Below the pieces are notes generated by a model. It saw only the letters and a list, made by a program, of their open reading frames with translations. It was not told the DNA's origin and did not search any database. This document shows, in pieces, positions 26,001-40,420 of a stretch of DNA of 64,000 nt. How positions within the stretch are numbered: position 1 is the stretch's first letter; every line of letters begins with the position of its first letter. Origin of the DNA: the human T2T-CHM13v2.0 reference genome, Homo sapiens; the NCBI RefSeq assembly GCF_009914755.1, contig NC_060926.1. One strand, 5' to 3'. The position numbers and the translations under genes are program-made.

Positions 26001-28426
26001 TAAATTTCTCATTCATGTCCTGAATTGTTTTACTGATTTCTTTGTACTATTTTTCAAAGTTCTGTTGTATCCCACTGAGATTCTTTAAACTCAACAATTT
26101 GAATTCTTTATCTGGGATTTGTAGAATTCCTTTTTGATTGGGATATGTTGCTAGAGAATTACGTTCCCTTGAAGGTGTCATATGTCCTTGCTTTTTAATG
26201 TTTCTTGTGTTCTTACATTGATATCTGCACTTCTGGCATAACAGTTACTTCTTCCAATTTTTCAAATTTCCTTTTGTAGGAGAGGACTTTTTCCTGAAGA
26301 TGTATCTATGACATTGGTTGGGTAGGGCCCTTCCTCTTTGACTTTGGGTGCACGCAGTACTGTAGTCTCTGTATGACTTTTTTGCAGTAAACAGCATCAG
26401 TGGTATCTGTGATTTCCTCAGTGAGTTAGAGTATGGTTATGAGTGGAGGCTGTGGTGAAGTTGTGCTGATGACAGGAATTCCAGGTGGGTCGGTCTTTAG
26501 GCACGAGTGGTGGCAGCAGTGGGCTGAGCATGCCTGTCGTTAGAGCCCAGGGTGGCATATGTTGACTGTGATGTTAGTGGGTCCAGATGGGCCCATTCTT
26601 GGGCCTCCAGGTGGCTGCTTGGGATGCTGGCAGGGTGGGTGGGTTCTTGGGCCCCTGGGCAATAGGCTTGTTGTGGGCAATGGCAACAGCAGTTGTAGGA
26701 CAACTTTCTGGGTCCTGAGCAGTGTGTGCTGGTGTTGGCAGTATCTGTGATAGGCTGGGTAGACCAGTCCCCAGGCTCCTAGGTGGCATGTGTGGGTATA
26801 TTTTGTCAGTGGTGTTGACAGCAAGCTGGGGGGGCCAGCTCTTAAAGTTCCTGAGGGAAGTGCACAGATGCCAGAGGTGGTGAAATGGGCAGGGAGATCC
26901 AGATTCTCAGGCAGCATGCTTGGGCTCTGTGGTTGTGGTGCCAGGGTGGGCAGGTCTGACCTTGGTCCCCTGGTGATATGCAGGGGCATAGGCTGTAGTA
27001 GACAAGGTGAGGTAATCTGTGGTGAAGGGTGTGGAGAACATGACTCCAGGACTCATTCTAGAGCAGAGCATTCATGCTATTGGGATAAATGGAGCTGCTT
27101 TTATCAGTCTGCTGTGGGTAGCTCTCAGGGTCTGAGAAGTGCACACTTTGTCAATAGCAGTGGCCACAACAATGTGTGGGGAGCCTGTATTCAGGCCACA
27201 CACCAGAGTACAGAGGCTGTGCTCTTGGTGTGGGCAAAGTTGGTGACCACAATCCCAAACAGGGAGCTCTTAGGTTCTGGGTAGCACTTACTTCAGCTCC
27301 TGGCTGCAGAAGTGACTGCAATGTTTTGGGGGGTTAGTGGGGAGGGACCCTGCCCTCCTTGCATGGGCCCCAAAACAGAGGCTACATTGAGAGTGGGGGC
27401 TCAGTCACCACTCACAGCCCCAGACAGCCAGCTCCAAACAGGCAGCCCACCCCAGCCTCTGGCAGCAGCAAGGGCAGCTGTGTTGCAGTGGTATGAGTGA
27501 GGGACAGGACCCCACTCTTCTATGTGCTAGCCTGAGCACAAGGGCCACATTGCTAGTGGGAACAGGGTTGCTACTCCCAGTCCATCAGCACTCAGGCTCA
27601 CCCACCTCAGCTCCCAGTGGCAGCAACTGCTGCAGCAGTGTGTGGAGTTGGGAAGGGGTCCCACTCTCTGTTTGCAAGCCCAACGTCAGAGTCCATGCCA
27701 CTGCTGGGGACAGGGTTAATTCTCACAGCCCCAGACAGGGAACTCTCAGGCTATGGAAAGTATACACTCTGGTTTCCTTTGTGCCAGGAGCCACCTCCTT
27801 GGTGTGCTGCACAGTTCCTTCCCCAGAGAGTAGTACTCCATGTGGACTAGAGTACTAAGGAGCACACAACGCTTTTGGGTCCAGCCAGCACTGTGCCCCT
27901 GTAGCCCTTTAGCTAGACACTGGGGAATGTCAGTGGAGGCTTCCAGAATGTAGAACTATAGGGGCTATGGTTACCAGGGCAGGATGAATCCAAGTGACAG
28001 CAGAACTCTCACAATTATGCCATTTTGCAGCTGCTTAGGTCTCAGGGATGTGTGTGACCCAGTACAAGTTCCCTGTCTAGTGTAATGTTCCCGCAGAGTC
28101 TCTAAATCATTGTCCATGTTAGTCTAAGGGTTCATACAGGTAGAGGAGCTCTCCCATGGCAACAGTCTAGTGGGGATGTGGACTGCTAAGGGTCTCTCAC
28201 TTACCCATTCCCTGCAATAGGAAGCCCCTCTGGGATCCCAGCCAATCTCAGCCACTGGCTGCTCACTTCCTTTTTCTTCCGTGTCTCAGTTGTTTCCTGT
28301 GACTTTTCTGTTGATCTCCAGTGATCTCTCCTAGATGTTCTATTCAAGGTGTGATTATCTCTTTGCAATTTTGCTTCTTCTTTCTGGGGAGGGTGAGTGT
28401 CTAATGTCCCTAGTCAGCCATCTTAA

Positions 28427-28627
28427 CTCCTCTATACTTTAAATAATCTCTAGATTACTTATAATACCTAATGCTATATAAATAGTTTTAATACTGTATT
28501 GGTTTTTTATTTGCATTATTTTTATTGTTGTATTGTTAATTTTTGTTGTGTTTTTTTTCCAAATATTTTCAATCTGCCGTTGATTGAATCTGCAGATGTG
28601 AAACCCACAGATATGGAGGGCCAACTG
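28427..28627 (+). mobile_element. MER2 right part
   Basis: Resumes MER2 (TATACTTTAAATAATCTCTAGATTACTTATAATACC); TIR ...GATATGGAGGGCCAACTG followed by TA at 28628-28629. Confidence 0.88.
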
Positions 28628-30250
28628 TATAGGATTCCATTCATTTAGGTTTACTTTAAATTATTTCAACTGTGTTTTATAGGTGAGTGTTGTCATCTGG
28701 TTTTAAATGCATCTGTTGATATTGTCATATGGTTTTCTTTAGTCTGCTGAAATGGTAAATTGAAATATTCGATTTTTGAATGTTGAACCAGGCTTGCATT
28801 CCTAGGACAAACTCCACAAGAAAATAATGTATTATCCTGTTGTTATATTTTTCTTCAATTTAATAACATTTTGTTGAGGATTTTTGCATCTCTATGAGAG
28901 ATACTGGTCTATAGTTTTCTTTCATTGTGATGTCTTTACCTAGTTTAGGTTTCACTGTAATACTGGTTTCATAAAATGAGCTGAAAGATGTTCCCTCCAC
29001 TTGCACATTCTGGAAGTTTATGTAGAATAGACATTATTTCTTCCTAAAAATTTTGATAGAATTCACCAGTGAAGTAATGTGAAATTAGAGACTTTTTTGT
29101 TAGATGTTTTCAAGCTTTGAGCTATAAAATGAATGTCTTTAATCTCTTTAGGACTATTCAGGTTATTTATTATTTCTTGATTAGTCTTTGGAAGTTTATA
29201 TCTTTCAAGGAATTTGCTCATTTTACCTAAATTTTTTAATTGTGAACAAAATGCAATATTCCTTTATTTTTAGTTTTATGTCTGTGGGGTGGATAGCAAT
29301 GTCCTTCTTTCATTTCTAACATCAGTAATTTGTGTATTCCCTCTATTTTCTTTGTAAATCTAGCTAAGGTGAACCACTTTGACCTACAAGTATGTAGAAG
29401 TTCATTGCTTAATAAGTTCCTGTTGTTGATTTCTAGTTTGTTTCCATTATATTCAGAGAACATATTCTGTATACTTTAATTTTTTAAAAATGTATTAGGT
29501 TTGTTCTATGCCCCCACAATATGGTCTATCTTGGCTAATATTCTATGCACACTTTAAAATATGTGTATTCTGCTGTTGTTAGTTGGAATGTCACATAAAT
29601 GTCAATTAGGTCAAGTTAGTTAAAATTATTTTTTAGATTTTGTATATCCTTACTAAAGTTTGGTTTATTTATTCTATCAGATATGAGAGACGAGTTTGAA
29701 GACTCAAAATATAATTAAAGATGTGTCTATTTCCCTTTCAGTTCTATCCATTGTTGTTTCATGCATTTTGAAGCTCTATGGCTAGAAGCATACACAACAT
29801 TATGATATCTTGTCAGTGAAGTGATATTTCTATCACTATGGAATATCCCTTGCAGCATCTTATCTTTTGACGTCTATTTTGTTTGTTATTAATATAGCCA
29901 CCCCAGCTTTCTTATAGTTAGTGTGTGCATGGTATAATTTTTTCCATAGTTGTACTTTCAATCTATTTGTCTCTTTGTATTTAAAGTGCATTTCTTATAT
30001 TAAAGTGGATTTCTTATGACAGCATATAGATCTTGCTTTTTTACCCAGTCTGACAATCTCAGTCTTTTCATTGCTATACTTAAACCATTTACATTTAATG
30101 TAATTATTGGTATAACTGAATGAAATCTACCATATTGTTCATTGTTTTCCATTCATTGTTTTTGGTCCCTTGGATATTTTACCCTCATGCTTTTGGATTA
30201 ATTGAATATTTTTATTCCATTTTATTTACATTATTAGCTTATTATTTTTA

Positions 30251-30752
<502 letters not shown>

Positions 30753-31849
30753 TAAGTTCTTATTTATTGGAAAATGTCTATTTCTCTTTCATTTAAAAAA
30801 ACTTCATGTAGTATGGAATATTGGGTTGGCAATTTTTTACTCACTGCATTTAAAGTTGTCACTTTATTGCAATAGGACTGTTCTTGTAAAAAAATTAAAA
30901 ATTAAAAAAAATAAAGTCCCTTCATTGGTTCGTGTTTTGCAGTTTCTGCTAAGAAGTCTGCTGCAATTCTTAACTTTGTTCCTCTTTATGTAAGAGGTAT
31001 TTTTTAATGCAAGCTGCCTTCAAGATTTTCTATTTATCTTTGAATGTCATCAGTTAGAATATGATGGATATGGTCTATTGGTGTAGGGTTTGGGAGGAGA
31101 GAAATTTGTCTGGATTGGGCTCTCCGAGCTTCTGTGCTTGGTGGTTTGATGTCTTTCATTATATCTGGAAATTATTAACCAATATCTCTTCAACTATTTC
31201 TTTTGTCCCATTCTCCCTCTGTTTTCTTCTAGCATTCCATTTACACATATTTTATATTACTTGTTATTACCCCATACCTCTTGGATGCTCTGTTGGGTCT
31301 TTTTGCTCCTCCCTCTTTATTACCTCTGGACGCTTCCCTCTTTAGTGTAATGGCTTTAAACAAGTATAAGTACACTATTATAAGGTAATTTCTAGTGATA
31401 CATCTTCAAATTTATGATTCTTTCTTTGGCTGTGTCAGGTCAATTGATGAGCACACCAAAGGCATTCTTCATTTGTTTTTCATATTTAGCATTTCCTTTT
31501 GACATTTTCTTACACTCTCTACCCTTCTACTGAAATGCTACAACTGTTCATGCATATTTTCCACATTTTCCACTACAGTTTTTAATCATAGTTATTTTAA
31601 ATTCCTTGCCTAATAGCTTTAAAATATGCATCATATCTAAATCAGGTTCTATTGAGTGCTCTGTCACTTGTGAGTAGGGTTTTTCCTTAAGTATCTCCTC
31701 ATAATTATTGGTTGATGTAAATATAACTATACTATTGGTAAATTTAATCATACTATTACAAGGTCTTTATACTAAAACTGGAGGTGTCAGGGTAAAGAGA
31801 GAAGCATGAAGTAAGAAGATTGAAGTGTCAGGTGTGAAGAGTAATGAGT

Positions 31850-34800
31850 GAAATGACACAGTATTGATTCAAAAGGAACATTAAGAAAGAATACAGTTAA
31901 ACATAGAGCAACCAGTTAAAAATAATAATTAGGGGAGAGAGTTAAGAAATCCACAAAGAAAGTAAAATGAAATACTCAAAAAAATTACTAGTCAAAAAGA
32001 GGGCCAAAAAAGAGGAACAGAAGAATAATAAAAAGAAAAATAAATAGCAAGAGGGTAGGCTACCAATTACTATACTAATTGTTAATGGACTAAACATCTT
32101 AATTACTGTCCAAGTGTTAAAAGGTAAAAGTGAAGAACTAACTATATGCTGTGTACAAAGGATGCACTTTCCTTATAAAGACACGATAGAAAGGAAAGGA
32201 AAGGGAAAAAATACATGCAAATACTAAACATAAGAAAATTGGCATGGTTATATTACTATTAGAGTAGACTTCCAGACAAAGAGTATTACTGAGATAAAGA
32301 GGGACGTCTTATATTAATTAAATAGTCATTGCATCAGGAAGGCATGGAAATTGTAAATGTGTATGTGCCTAAGTATTTCAAAATATATAAAATAGAAACT
32401 AATGGAACTAAAGGGAGAAACAGACAAATACATAAGTATAGCTGCACACTTCTCTCAGTAAGAAATATAGATGATGAGAACAACACTATCAATAAACCTC
32501 ACCTAATTGGCATTTACAAAACAATACACCCAACAGCCAAAACTAATCTATGGTGGAATAAAGAACAGCAGATGCCTTTGGGAGTACCGCATTGAGGAAT
32601 AACTGGGTAGAGACATGAGGGAGCTCACTGTGATGATGTTTATCTTTAATATCTTGAAAAAGATTAGGTGAATGTATTTCTCAAAATTTCATGAGTACAC
32701 ACAAAAGACTTGTGAATGTCATTACATATAAATATTTTATCCAAAAAGAAAAGTGTTGAACTCTGTGTAATAATATGCATGCTGAAGTATTTCAAAGAAA
32801 ATATACTGCTATGTGTAATTTACTTGGAGATGCATCAGAAGATAACATATATTAATGGATAGAAGGATGGATAAATGGATATATATATGATAAGGCAAAA
32901 TTATATAATAAAACAATAATGGTATAATCCAATTGGTCAGTATATGGGTGATAACTAAAATTCTTTTAATTCTAGTGTATATTTGAAGCTTAAAAATAAA
33001 AGTTGGGAGGAAAAGTAAAGCAAAATCAAACTTTCCCTAAACAAAAATTAATTAGAATGTGTTGCTATCAGAACTGAACTACAAAAACTGAAGGAAGATC
33101 TTCAGGTTGAAAGAAAATGACAACAGATATAAACTTTGATTTATACAAAGCAATGAAGAGTACTAAAAGTGATAAACAGGTGGGTAAATGTAAAATAGTA
33201 TATTCATTTTTAAAATTTCTTTAAAGGTAATACATAAAAGCCAAAATAATAACTATAAGTTTCAAGGTTTACAAAATATTTAGAAGTAAAACATATGAGA
33301 TTAATAGCACAAAAGACAAAGAGAGGGAAATGGAGGCATATGATGGTAAGGTTCTTAAATAAGCTATGGTAATATTATCAATTTTGGAACAATCACTAAA
33401 AATAGAGAGGCATAGCTTAGAAACTAATAGTGAAAATAATATATAAAGCTAATATTTAGTCAATTTAACCAAATGAAGGCAAGAGGGGGAAATGAAAGAG
33501 GATATATAAAAATAAGATGACAGATTTATTACATACAACCGTATTGGTAAATATATTAAATGTGTATGTTGTAAATGCTCCAGTTAAAAGACAAGTATGT
33601 AAGACAGGATTAAAAAAAGCAGGACCCAAACATATGCTCTCTCTATAAGAAACCCAATTTAAATGTAAAGATATATATGAGTTAAGCATAAGAGAATGGA
33701 AAATTTATAATATGTAGACTTTCAGCACAAGAAAACTGGAATAACAGAGTAACTATATCAATAGTTTAAAAAAGTAGATATATAAATATTAACCATAAGA
33801 AAGGTGGGATAGTTATATTAATATCAACAGAGTGGACCTCAAGGCAAAGCATATTACCAGTAATAAAGATAAGCATGTCATAATAACAAATATTACCAGG
33901 GATAAAGTAGGAGTTTTCCCAGTCATAAGTATGGATAAAGAGGACATAATAATCCTAATTGTGTATGTACCCAAGAACAAAATATTCAAATATAGGAAGC
34001 AACAATTAGAAAAAAACAAAAAAAGGGAATACATAAATCCACAAGTAAATTAGAGATGTCAACAATCCTTTCTCAATAGCTGGTGAAACAAGAAGACAGA
34101 GAATCAGTAAAGATAGAAAAGACTTCAATAATACTGTCTAGCAACTTGACCTAAATGACACTTACAGAACACTCCACTCATCCAAAGTGGAATATGTAGT
34201 ATTTTCAAGTACATATGGAGTATTCACGAGGTCAGACATGTGCCAGACTATAAAACAAACACAAATGAATTCAAAATAAATGAAATCATGTAGATTCTGT
34301 TATTTCATCCCAAATGGATTTAAAGTAGAATTCTGTAAAAAAAAAAAAGCTCTGAAAATTACTAAAATATTTGGCAGTTAAATAACAGACATCCAAATAA
34401 CACACAGGTGGCTTCAAAAAATTACAAAGGAAACTAGTAAAGATTTTTAACTCAGTATAAATAAAAACACAATATCACAATTTATGGATGAGCTGAAGCA
34501 GTTGCTGAGAGGGAAACTTAGAAGTTAAATATGTATATTAGAAGAGAAGAAAGGTCTTAAATTAATAATTTAATGTGGGTCAGCAAACTATGGCCTATTG
34601 GCTATAAATAAGGTTTTATTGAAATGCAGCAACACCTATCTGTTTATGTATTGTCCGTGGCTGCTTTCATACTACAAAGGCAGAGTTAAGTGGATGCAAC
34701 AGTAACTATTTGTTTCACAAGCCTAAAATAGGATAAACTCTGACCCTTTGAGAAAATGTTGCCAACACTTGATATAATGTACCTGCTAAAGAACCTGGAA

Positions 34801-35065
34801 TAAAAAGCAATAACTTAAACCTAAAGAAAGCGGATGAAGAAAATAATGAAGAGAAGAAAATAACTGACAACAAACAGAGAAAATAAATAAAACCAAAAGC
34901 TATTTATTTGCAAGAAGTCAATAAAATTGATAAACCTCCGGCTAGACTGATCATGGTAAAAGGAGAGAAAATTCAAATTCCCTATTTCAGAAATATTAAA
35001 GGGGCCATCACTACAAATCTTACAAATATTAAAAGGATAATAAGGAAATGTGGCAAAAAAAAACT
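31850..35065 (+). mobile_element. Cluster of ancient L1M fragments (ORF1 end, endonuclease region, a 3' end)
   Basis: A-rich plus strand; ORF2-like peptides (HQEGMEIVNVYVP, KEDIIILIVYVPKN, NKIDKPPARL). Confidence 0.7.
34574..34771 (+). mobile_element. MER58A-like hAT-Charlie MITE
   Basis: GGGTCAGCAAACTATGGCC...AATAAGGTTTTATTGAAA...TGGCTGCTTTCATACTACAAAGGCAGAGTT...TTGCCAACACTTG. Confidence 0.75.
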
Positions 35066-35694
35066 TCATGGTAATGGCAATATCCAAAGCATAGTTGAGT
35101 AAAAGCCATTCTGGGGAACATCATCTTGATTTGGCACAATAACTCTCTATACTTCTAAAGGGGTCCAGTTGTTTTAACGAAGTCAACTTTCTTCTCTCTA
35201 CATAAGGGAATGCCTTTTCATAGAACATAGCTAAAGAGTAGCTGTAGGAAATAAAGATTTTCAAAAAGAGTTTCATTCAGTTATACATTTATTATTCTAT
35301 AAGGAATCTTCTGCTAATTATATAATTATTCTGTATTCAACCTGTCAAATTTTGTGTAATGTCTATTTTCTGGAAATACAAATGACAGATTGCAAGTAGA
35401 ATTTAAGTGAGAACACAATCTCACCATGACTATCAGAGCAAGCAAATGTCCACAGAATAGAATTTTTACTCTTGGAGAACGAAAATGGAGATGATAGAGA
35501 AAAAAAAGATACACTTCCAGGGGAGTAGGCCAGGAAAATGCCATCGGATAAAGTTGTGAGATGTGATTACTTAATACTCTTTAATATATTTTGGCTCTGT
35601 TGTAAAACAATCTGGTTTTTTTAAGCTGTAGTAATCCGGATTACCAGTTTCTGAATTAACATCTCTTGGATACGTATGCATTAAAAAAAATTTA

Positions 35695-35885
35695 TATTTG
35701 TTGTTTTTAATTATTTTTTAATTGACACATAATTGTATATATTTATGGGATACAATGTGATGTTTTGATACATGTATACAGTGTCCAATGATCACATCAG
35801 GAGAATTAGCATATCCACCACCTCAAACATTTATCATTTCTTTATGTTGAGAACATTCAAAATCTGGTCTTCTAGCTATTTGAAC
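35695..35885 (-). mobile_element. L1MA 3' terminal fragment
   Basis: TTAATTGACACATAATTGTATATATTTATGGGATACAATGTGATGTTTTGATAC. Confidence 0.75.
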
Positions 35886-37329
35886 ATGTCCATATCCTGA
35901 TGAGTTAGATTTTTTTTCTAGTCCCGTTTTTGATCATAGAGTCTTTATTTCAGTCAATTATCAAGTTGCATAAAAAAAGGTATAAGGTGCTTAATCAATA
36001 TGCAGAGATGTAGCATCCATCCCTGTCTTTTTATTAACCATGAGATAACAACGACAAAATAGATTGGGAGAAAATGTGTGTTTCACTTTCAAAATGGGAG
36101 CATCCTAATGATTTTCTTGAAGTGAAAAGTTTAATGAAAAAGTGGATTGATCTAATTTGGGATGTTTAAGTCATTGGCAAATTTAAATTGTTTTAAAAAA
36201 ATAATAATAAGCCAAGCTCTTGAGTCATACCTAGTGAATCACCCATGAATTCTTGAGATTAATTTAAAACAGCTCCAAAGAAACAGTATCTTTGCATGCC
36301 TACTGTCTAAAAGACAGAAGAGAACAACAGAAAGTAGAAGCTATTCTAGAGGAAAAAAAGTGAAGAATCAGGACACAGCAGAGCCGTGTTAGCCTGGCTG
36401 GCCAATCAGAGCAGTGAATTCAAGGGGCACATCATGAGGCAATGGTAGCCCCTGAGAAGGAGCAAAGTGTTGGCTTCTATGTAAATAAGGTCTTCCTTGT
36501 CTGTTTCATACTCCCACCCACCTCCTCCATCCTTTTACTTTTTACTGGATCCCTAAGTAGGAGGAGTAGTGATTTGTATTGTTCGGGTTTCAGGGAACCA
36601 AGTGGCCCACATGCTTTAGGGATCCAGCTTTCAAAGAACAAGAAAAACAAGGGGCTCATGGTCATGGCTATGTCTTCCTTCTTTTCCACAGCAAGTGTGG
36701 GAAGGGTACAACCTGCTTCCTTGGTAGAAGAGATCCCGCCACCTCTTTCCACAGACTTTCTACTTTTTCCCTCACCTAGCAGTCGCCCCTGAAATTATTG
36801 CCTGGAACTCCTGCCAGTTTCCATGAGACCTGGACTAATGCGAGGTATTGCAAATAGAGGTCCCTTGCTCCACAGCCTCTATGGCTTCATTTTGCCAGGA
36901 CTGAATAGCCTTTCAATGGTTTCCTGGAGTTAGAATCCAGGGTTCGGGTTTATCACAGCTCCTCTACCTTTATCCTTGGGCTATTTAGTTGTTGAAAAGA
37001 AGAGCGTATTCAAGTTTGCCATGCTACTGGGGACAAAAGCTCCAGGTAATAAGAAAAAGTTACTTTGCCTTGTTTCACCTCCTTTTTCTAGATGTCACCT
37101 CTTAACTGAAGATGAGACTCAGCAGCTAGTGTTTGGGTATTCCTAGGTCCCATTAGCAAAAGAGTCATTTGTGTATCATTTATGAACATATCTCAATTTC
37201 TTAAACATACTATCCCAATTTCTTCAACAAGGTAAGGATAAATCTTGAGATTTTGACTATTGACTGTGAAAAATATAAGACTTAGAAGACCAAAGCAATG
37301 GAAAACCAAGAAGATACTATAAGGTATAA

Positions 37330-39020
37330 CTAATGACGTTCTTCACAGAAATAGAAAAAAAAATCCTAAAATTTATATGGAACCACAAGAGACCCAGAAT
37401 AGCCAAAGCTATCCTAAGGAAAAAAGGACAAAACTGGAAGAATCCCATTATCTGACTTCAAATTATACTGCAGAGCTACAGTAACCAAAACAGCATGGTA
37501 CTGACATAAAAACAGACACATAGACCAATGCAACAGAATAAAGAACCCAGAAACAAATCCACACACCTACAGTGAACTCATCTTTAACACAGGTGCCAAG
37601 AACATACACTGGGGAAAGGATAGTCTCTTCAATAAATGGTCCTGGGAAAACTGGATATCCATATGCAGAAGAATGTAACTAGACCCCTATCTCTTACTAT
37701 ATACAAAAACAGTCAAATCAAAATGAATTAAACACCTCAAACTATGAAACTACTACAAGAAAACATTGGGGAAAATCTCCAGGACATCAGTTTGTGCAAA
37801 GATTTCCTGAGTAATAGCCCACCAGCACAGATGCCCAAAGCAAACATGGACAAATGGGATCACATCAAGTTAAAAAGATTCTGCATGGTAAAGGATACAA
37901 TCAACAAAGTGAAAAGACAATCCACAGAATGAGAGAAAATATTTGCAAACTACCCCTCTCACAAGGGATTAATATCCAGAATATATAAGGAGCTAAAATA
38001 ACACTGTAGGGAAAAAAAATCTAATAATCCAATAAAAAAATTGACAAAAGATTTGAATAGCCTTTTCCCAAAAGATGACATACAAATGGCAAACAGCACA
38101 TGAAAAGGTGCTCAACATCACTGATCACCAAAGAAATGCAAATAAAAACTACAATGATATCATCTCACCCCATTTAAAATGGCTTACATTCCGAAGACAG
38201 GCAATAATGAATGCTGGCAAGGATGTGGAAAAAAGCGAACATTTGTACACTGTTGGTAGGATTGTAAATTAGTACAACCACTAAGAAGAACCCTTTGGAG
38301 GTTCCTCAAAAAATTAAAACTTGAGCTACCATATGATCCAGCAATCCCACTGATGGATATAACCCAAAAGAAAGAAAATTAGTATATGGAAGAGATCTGC
38401 ACTTCCATGTTTGTTGTAGCCCTATTTACAATAGCTAAGATTAGGAAGCAACCTAAGTGTCCATCAACAGACGAATGGATAACAAAAATCTGGTATATAT
38501 ACACAATGGAGTACTATTCAGCCATAAAAAAGAATGAGATCCAGTCATTTGCAACAACATGGATGGAAGTGGAGATCATTATGTTAACTGAAATAAGCCA
38601 GGAACAGAAAGACAAACATGACATGTTCTCACTTATTTGTGGGATCTAAAAATCAAACTCATGGTCAGAGAGAATAGAAAGCTGGTTAGCAGAGGCTGGG
38701 AAGGGTAGTAGGGGGTTGGTGGGGGAGGTGGGGATGGTTAATGGGTACAAAAATATGGAAAGAATGAATAGGACCTACCATTTGATAGCACAATAGGGTG
38801 ACTATAGTCAGTAATAATTACATATTTTAAAATAAAGAATGTAATTGGATTGTTTGTAACTCAAAGGATAAAATGCTTGAGGGGATGGATACCCCATTTT
38901 CCATGATGTGCTTATTTCACACTGCATGCCTGTATCAAAACATCTCATGTACCCCATACATATATATATATCTACTATGCACCCACAAAAATTTTTTTGA
39001 ATAATTTAAATTTTTTTAAT
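37330..39020 (+). mobile_element. 5'-truncated L1MA1/L1MA2-like element
   Basis: ORF2 C-terminal remnants (ORFs 37744, 38386 ...YTMEYYSAIKKNE), L1MA 3'UTR, putative TSD ATAAGG(T/C)ATAA at 37319-37329 and 39022-39032. Confidence 0.88.
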
Positions 39021-39932
39021 GATAAGGCATAATACATAGCACACTCTTTATGCTTAGAATTTTTCCTTTGTTTTGTTCTGTTTACTAATTATACTTGAAA
39101 ATTAATTCTCTTGTTCTATTATTTATTAAAATAAACTCTTTATATATATGTCAACATAATCTGAGCTTTTTAATGATCCATGCCTGCAGTTGTCCACTTA
39201 TAGGACACTACAGATCTCAAATTGAAGATAACATTAATCATTTGGTAGGTCAAGACTAAGCTAGAGCAGGAACTAAACAGCTTCAGGATGATATTTATGT
39301 ATCCAAGCCCCTTCCCCAAAATCTTGTCATTGCTCTCTTAGGAACATGCTCTAAAACTTCAAACTATATCAGAATAACAGGTCCCACAGGGCTCAGCAGC
39401 CTCCTTATTCCTGCCTCTATCCAATCTCCTCTCCTCTTAACCTTATTTACGGCAAGAGATGCAAGTAGTGCCAAGAAAAGTACAACAAAGTGGGTCTTGG
39501 CTACTGCCTGAAAGCATTTCCCCAAAAGAGAAACATGAAAGTGTATTCAAAAGGAAACTACTCCAAAATCACATCTGAAAATAACCACTTCCAAAATACA
39601 GCGAACTTGGGAAAAACCAACTGCTTTCATGCAACAATCAAGGGAATCAAGAGTTATTCTTGTTTTTTTCACCCATATTTTCATGTCTAGATACTCATGT
39701 AGGATTGGAGAAAACTAGGTATCCTTTCAGGTTCACACAGAAGAGAGATATCCTGTGCAAAGAGTTGGGAGTGACACATTGGGAGATGCACATGAAGACA
39801 GTAACGGAGCTAGAACAGGCGAGGGTTTTAGAGCTGAGGACTAGAAAATAGGTCTTCACTTCTCTTTTTAATAAAAGAGCCAGAAATACATGCATCAGGA
39901 ATGGTTTATCTCACAACAGGACTTCTTTTATG

Positions 39933-40116
39933 TTGGTTTGCAAGATAAAAGTACAGAACACCCAGTTAAATTGGAATTAAACAGCAATTAATTTTTAATA
40001 TACTTGTGTTCCATGTCATACTTGTGACACACTTATACTAAAGAGGTATTCATTGTTTATCTCAAATTCAATCTAACAAGGTATTCTCTGCCTTATTTGC
40101 TAAGTCTGTGGCTCTA
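39933..40116. mobile_element. MER53 palindromic hAT MITE
   Basis: CACCCAGTTAAATTGGAATT...ACTTATACTAAA...TTGTTTATCTCAAATTCAA...TTATTTGCTAAGTCTG. Confidence 0.75.
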
Positions 40117-40159
40117 TTTAATGCGTCTTTGAAAAGTTATCAGTAAATGCCCTTGGCTC

Positions 40160-40420
40160 TCAATTTTTTATCATCAGTCCATATTTATCCCCTGAACTTC
40201 AGACCCAGAAAACCAATTGCTTACTTAACATCTCCATTTCAGCATCTGAGAGGCATTTTGAACTCAACATATTCAAAACTGAGCTCCTGTGATCTGTCAG
40301 CACCAACCCTTCTCTCCCCAGACCAGCTTTTCCTGCAGTCTGCCCCACCCCAATTAAGGGTCCATTCTTCCATTGCTTGGGTCAAAAATGTAGCATCATC
40401 CTTAGCTACTCACTTTCACA
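40160..40420 (+). mobile_element. L2 fragment
   Basis: CCCTGAACTTCAGACCC...ACATCTCCA...AACTCAACATATTCAAAACTGAGCTC. Confidence 0.65.

Larger units (their letters stand above)
20757..28426 (-). mobile_element. Full-length (~7.67 kb) degraded L1MA (about L1MA3-like), same orientation as ACVR1C
   Basis: 5' end TTAAGATGGCTGACTAGG, ~2-kb GC-rich 5'UTR, ORF1 remnants (25168-25410 EGEIKSFLDKQMLREF), endonuclease remnants (24325-24753 IIVGDFNIPLS, FSDHN), RT-region remnants, L1MA 3'UTR. TSD CTCC(C/T)CTATACTT at 20744-20756 and 28427-28439. Confidence 0.9.

Noticed and set aside
20757-28426. Possible active retrotransposon or RT-based system
   Set aside because: ORF1 and ORF2 are broken into short fragments by stops, frameshifts and duplications; not retrotransposition-competent.
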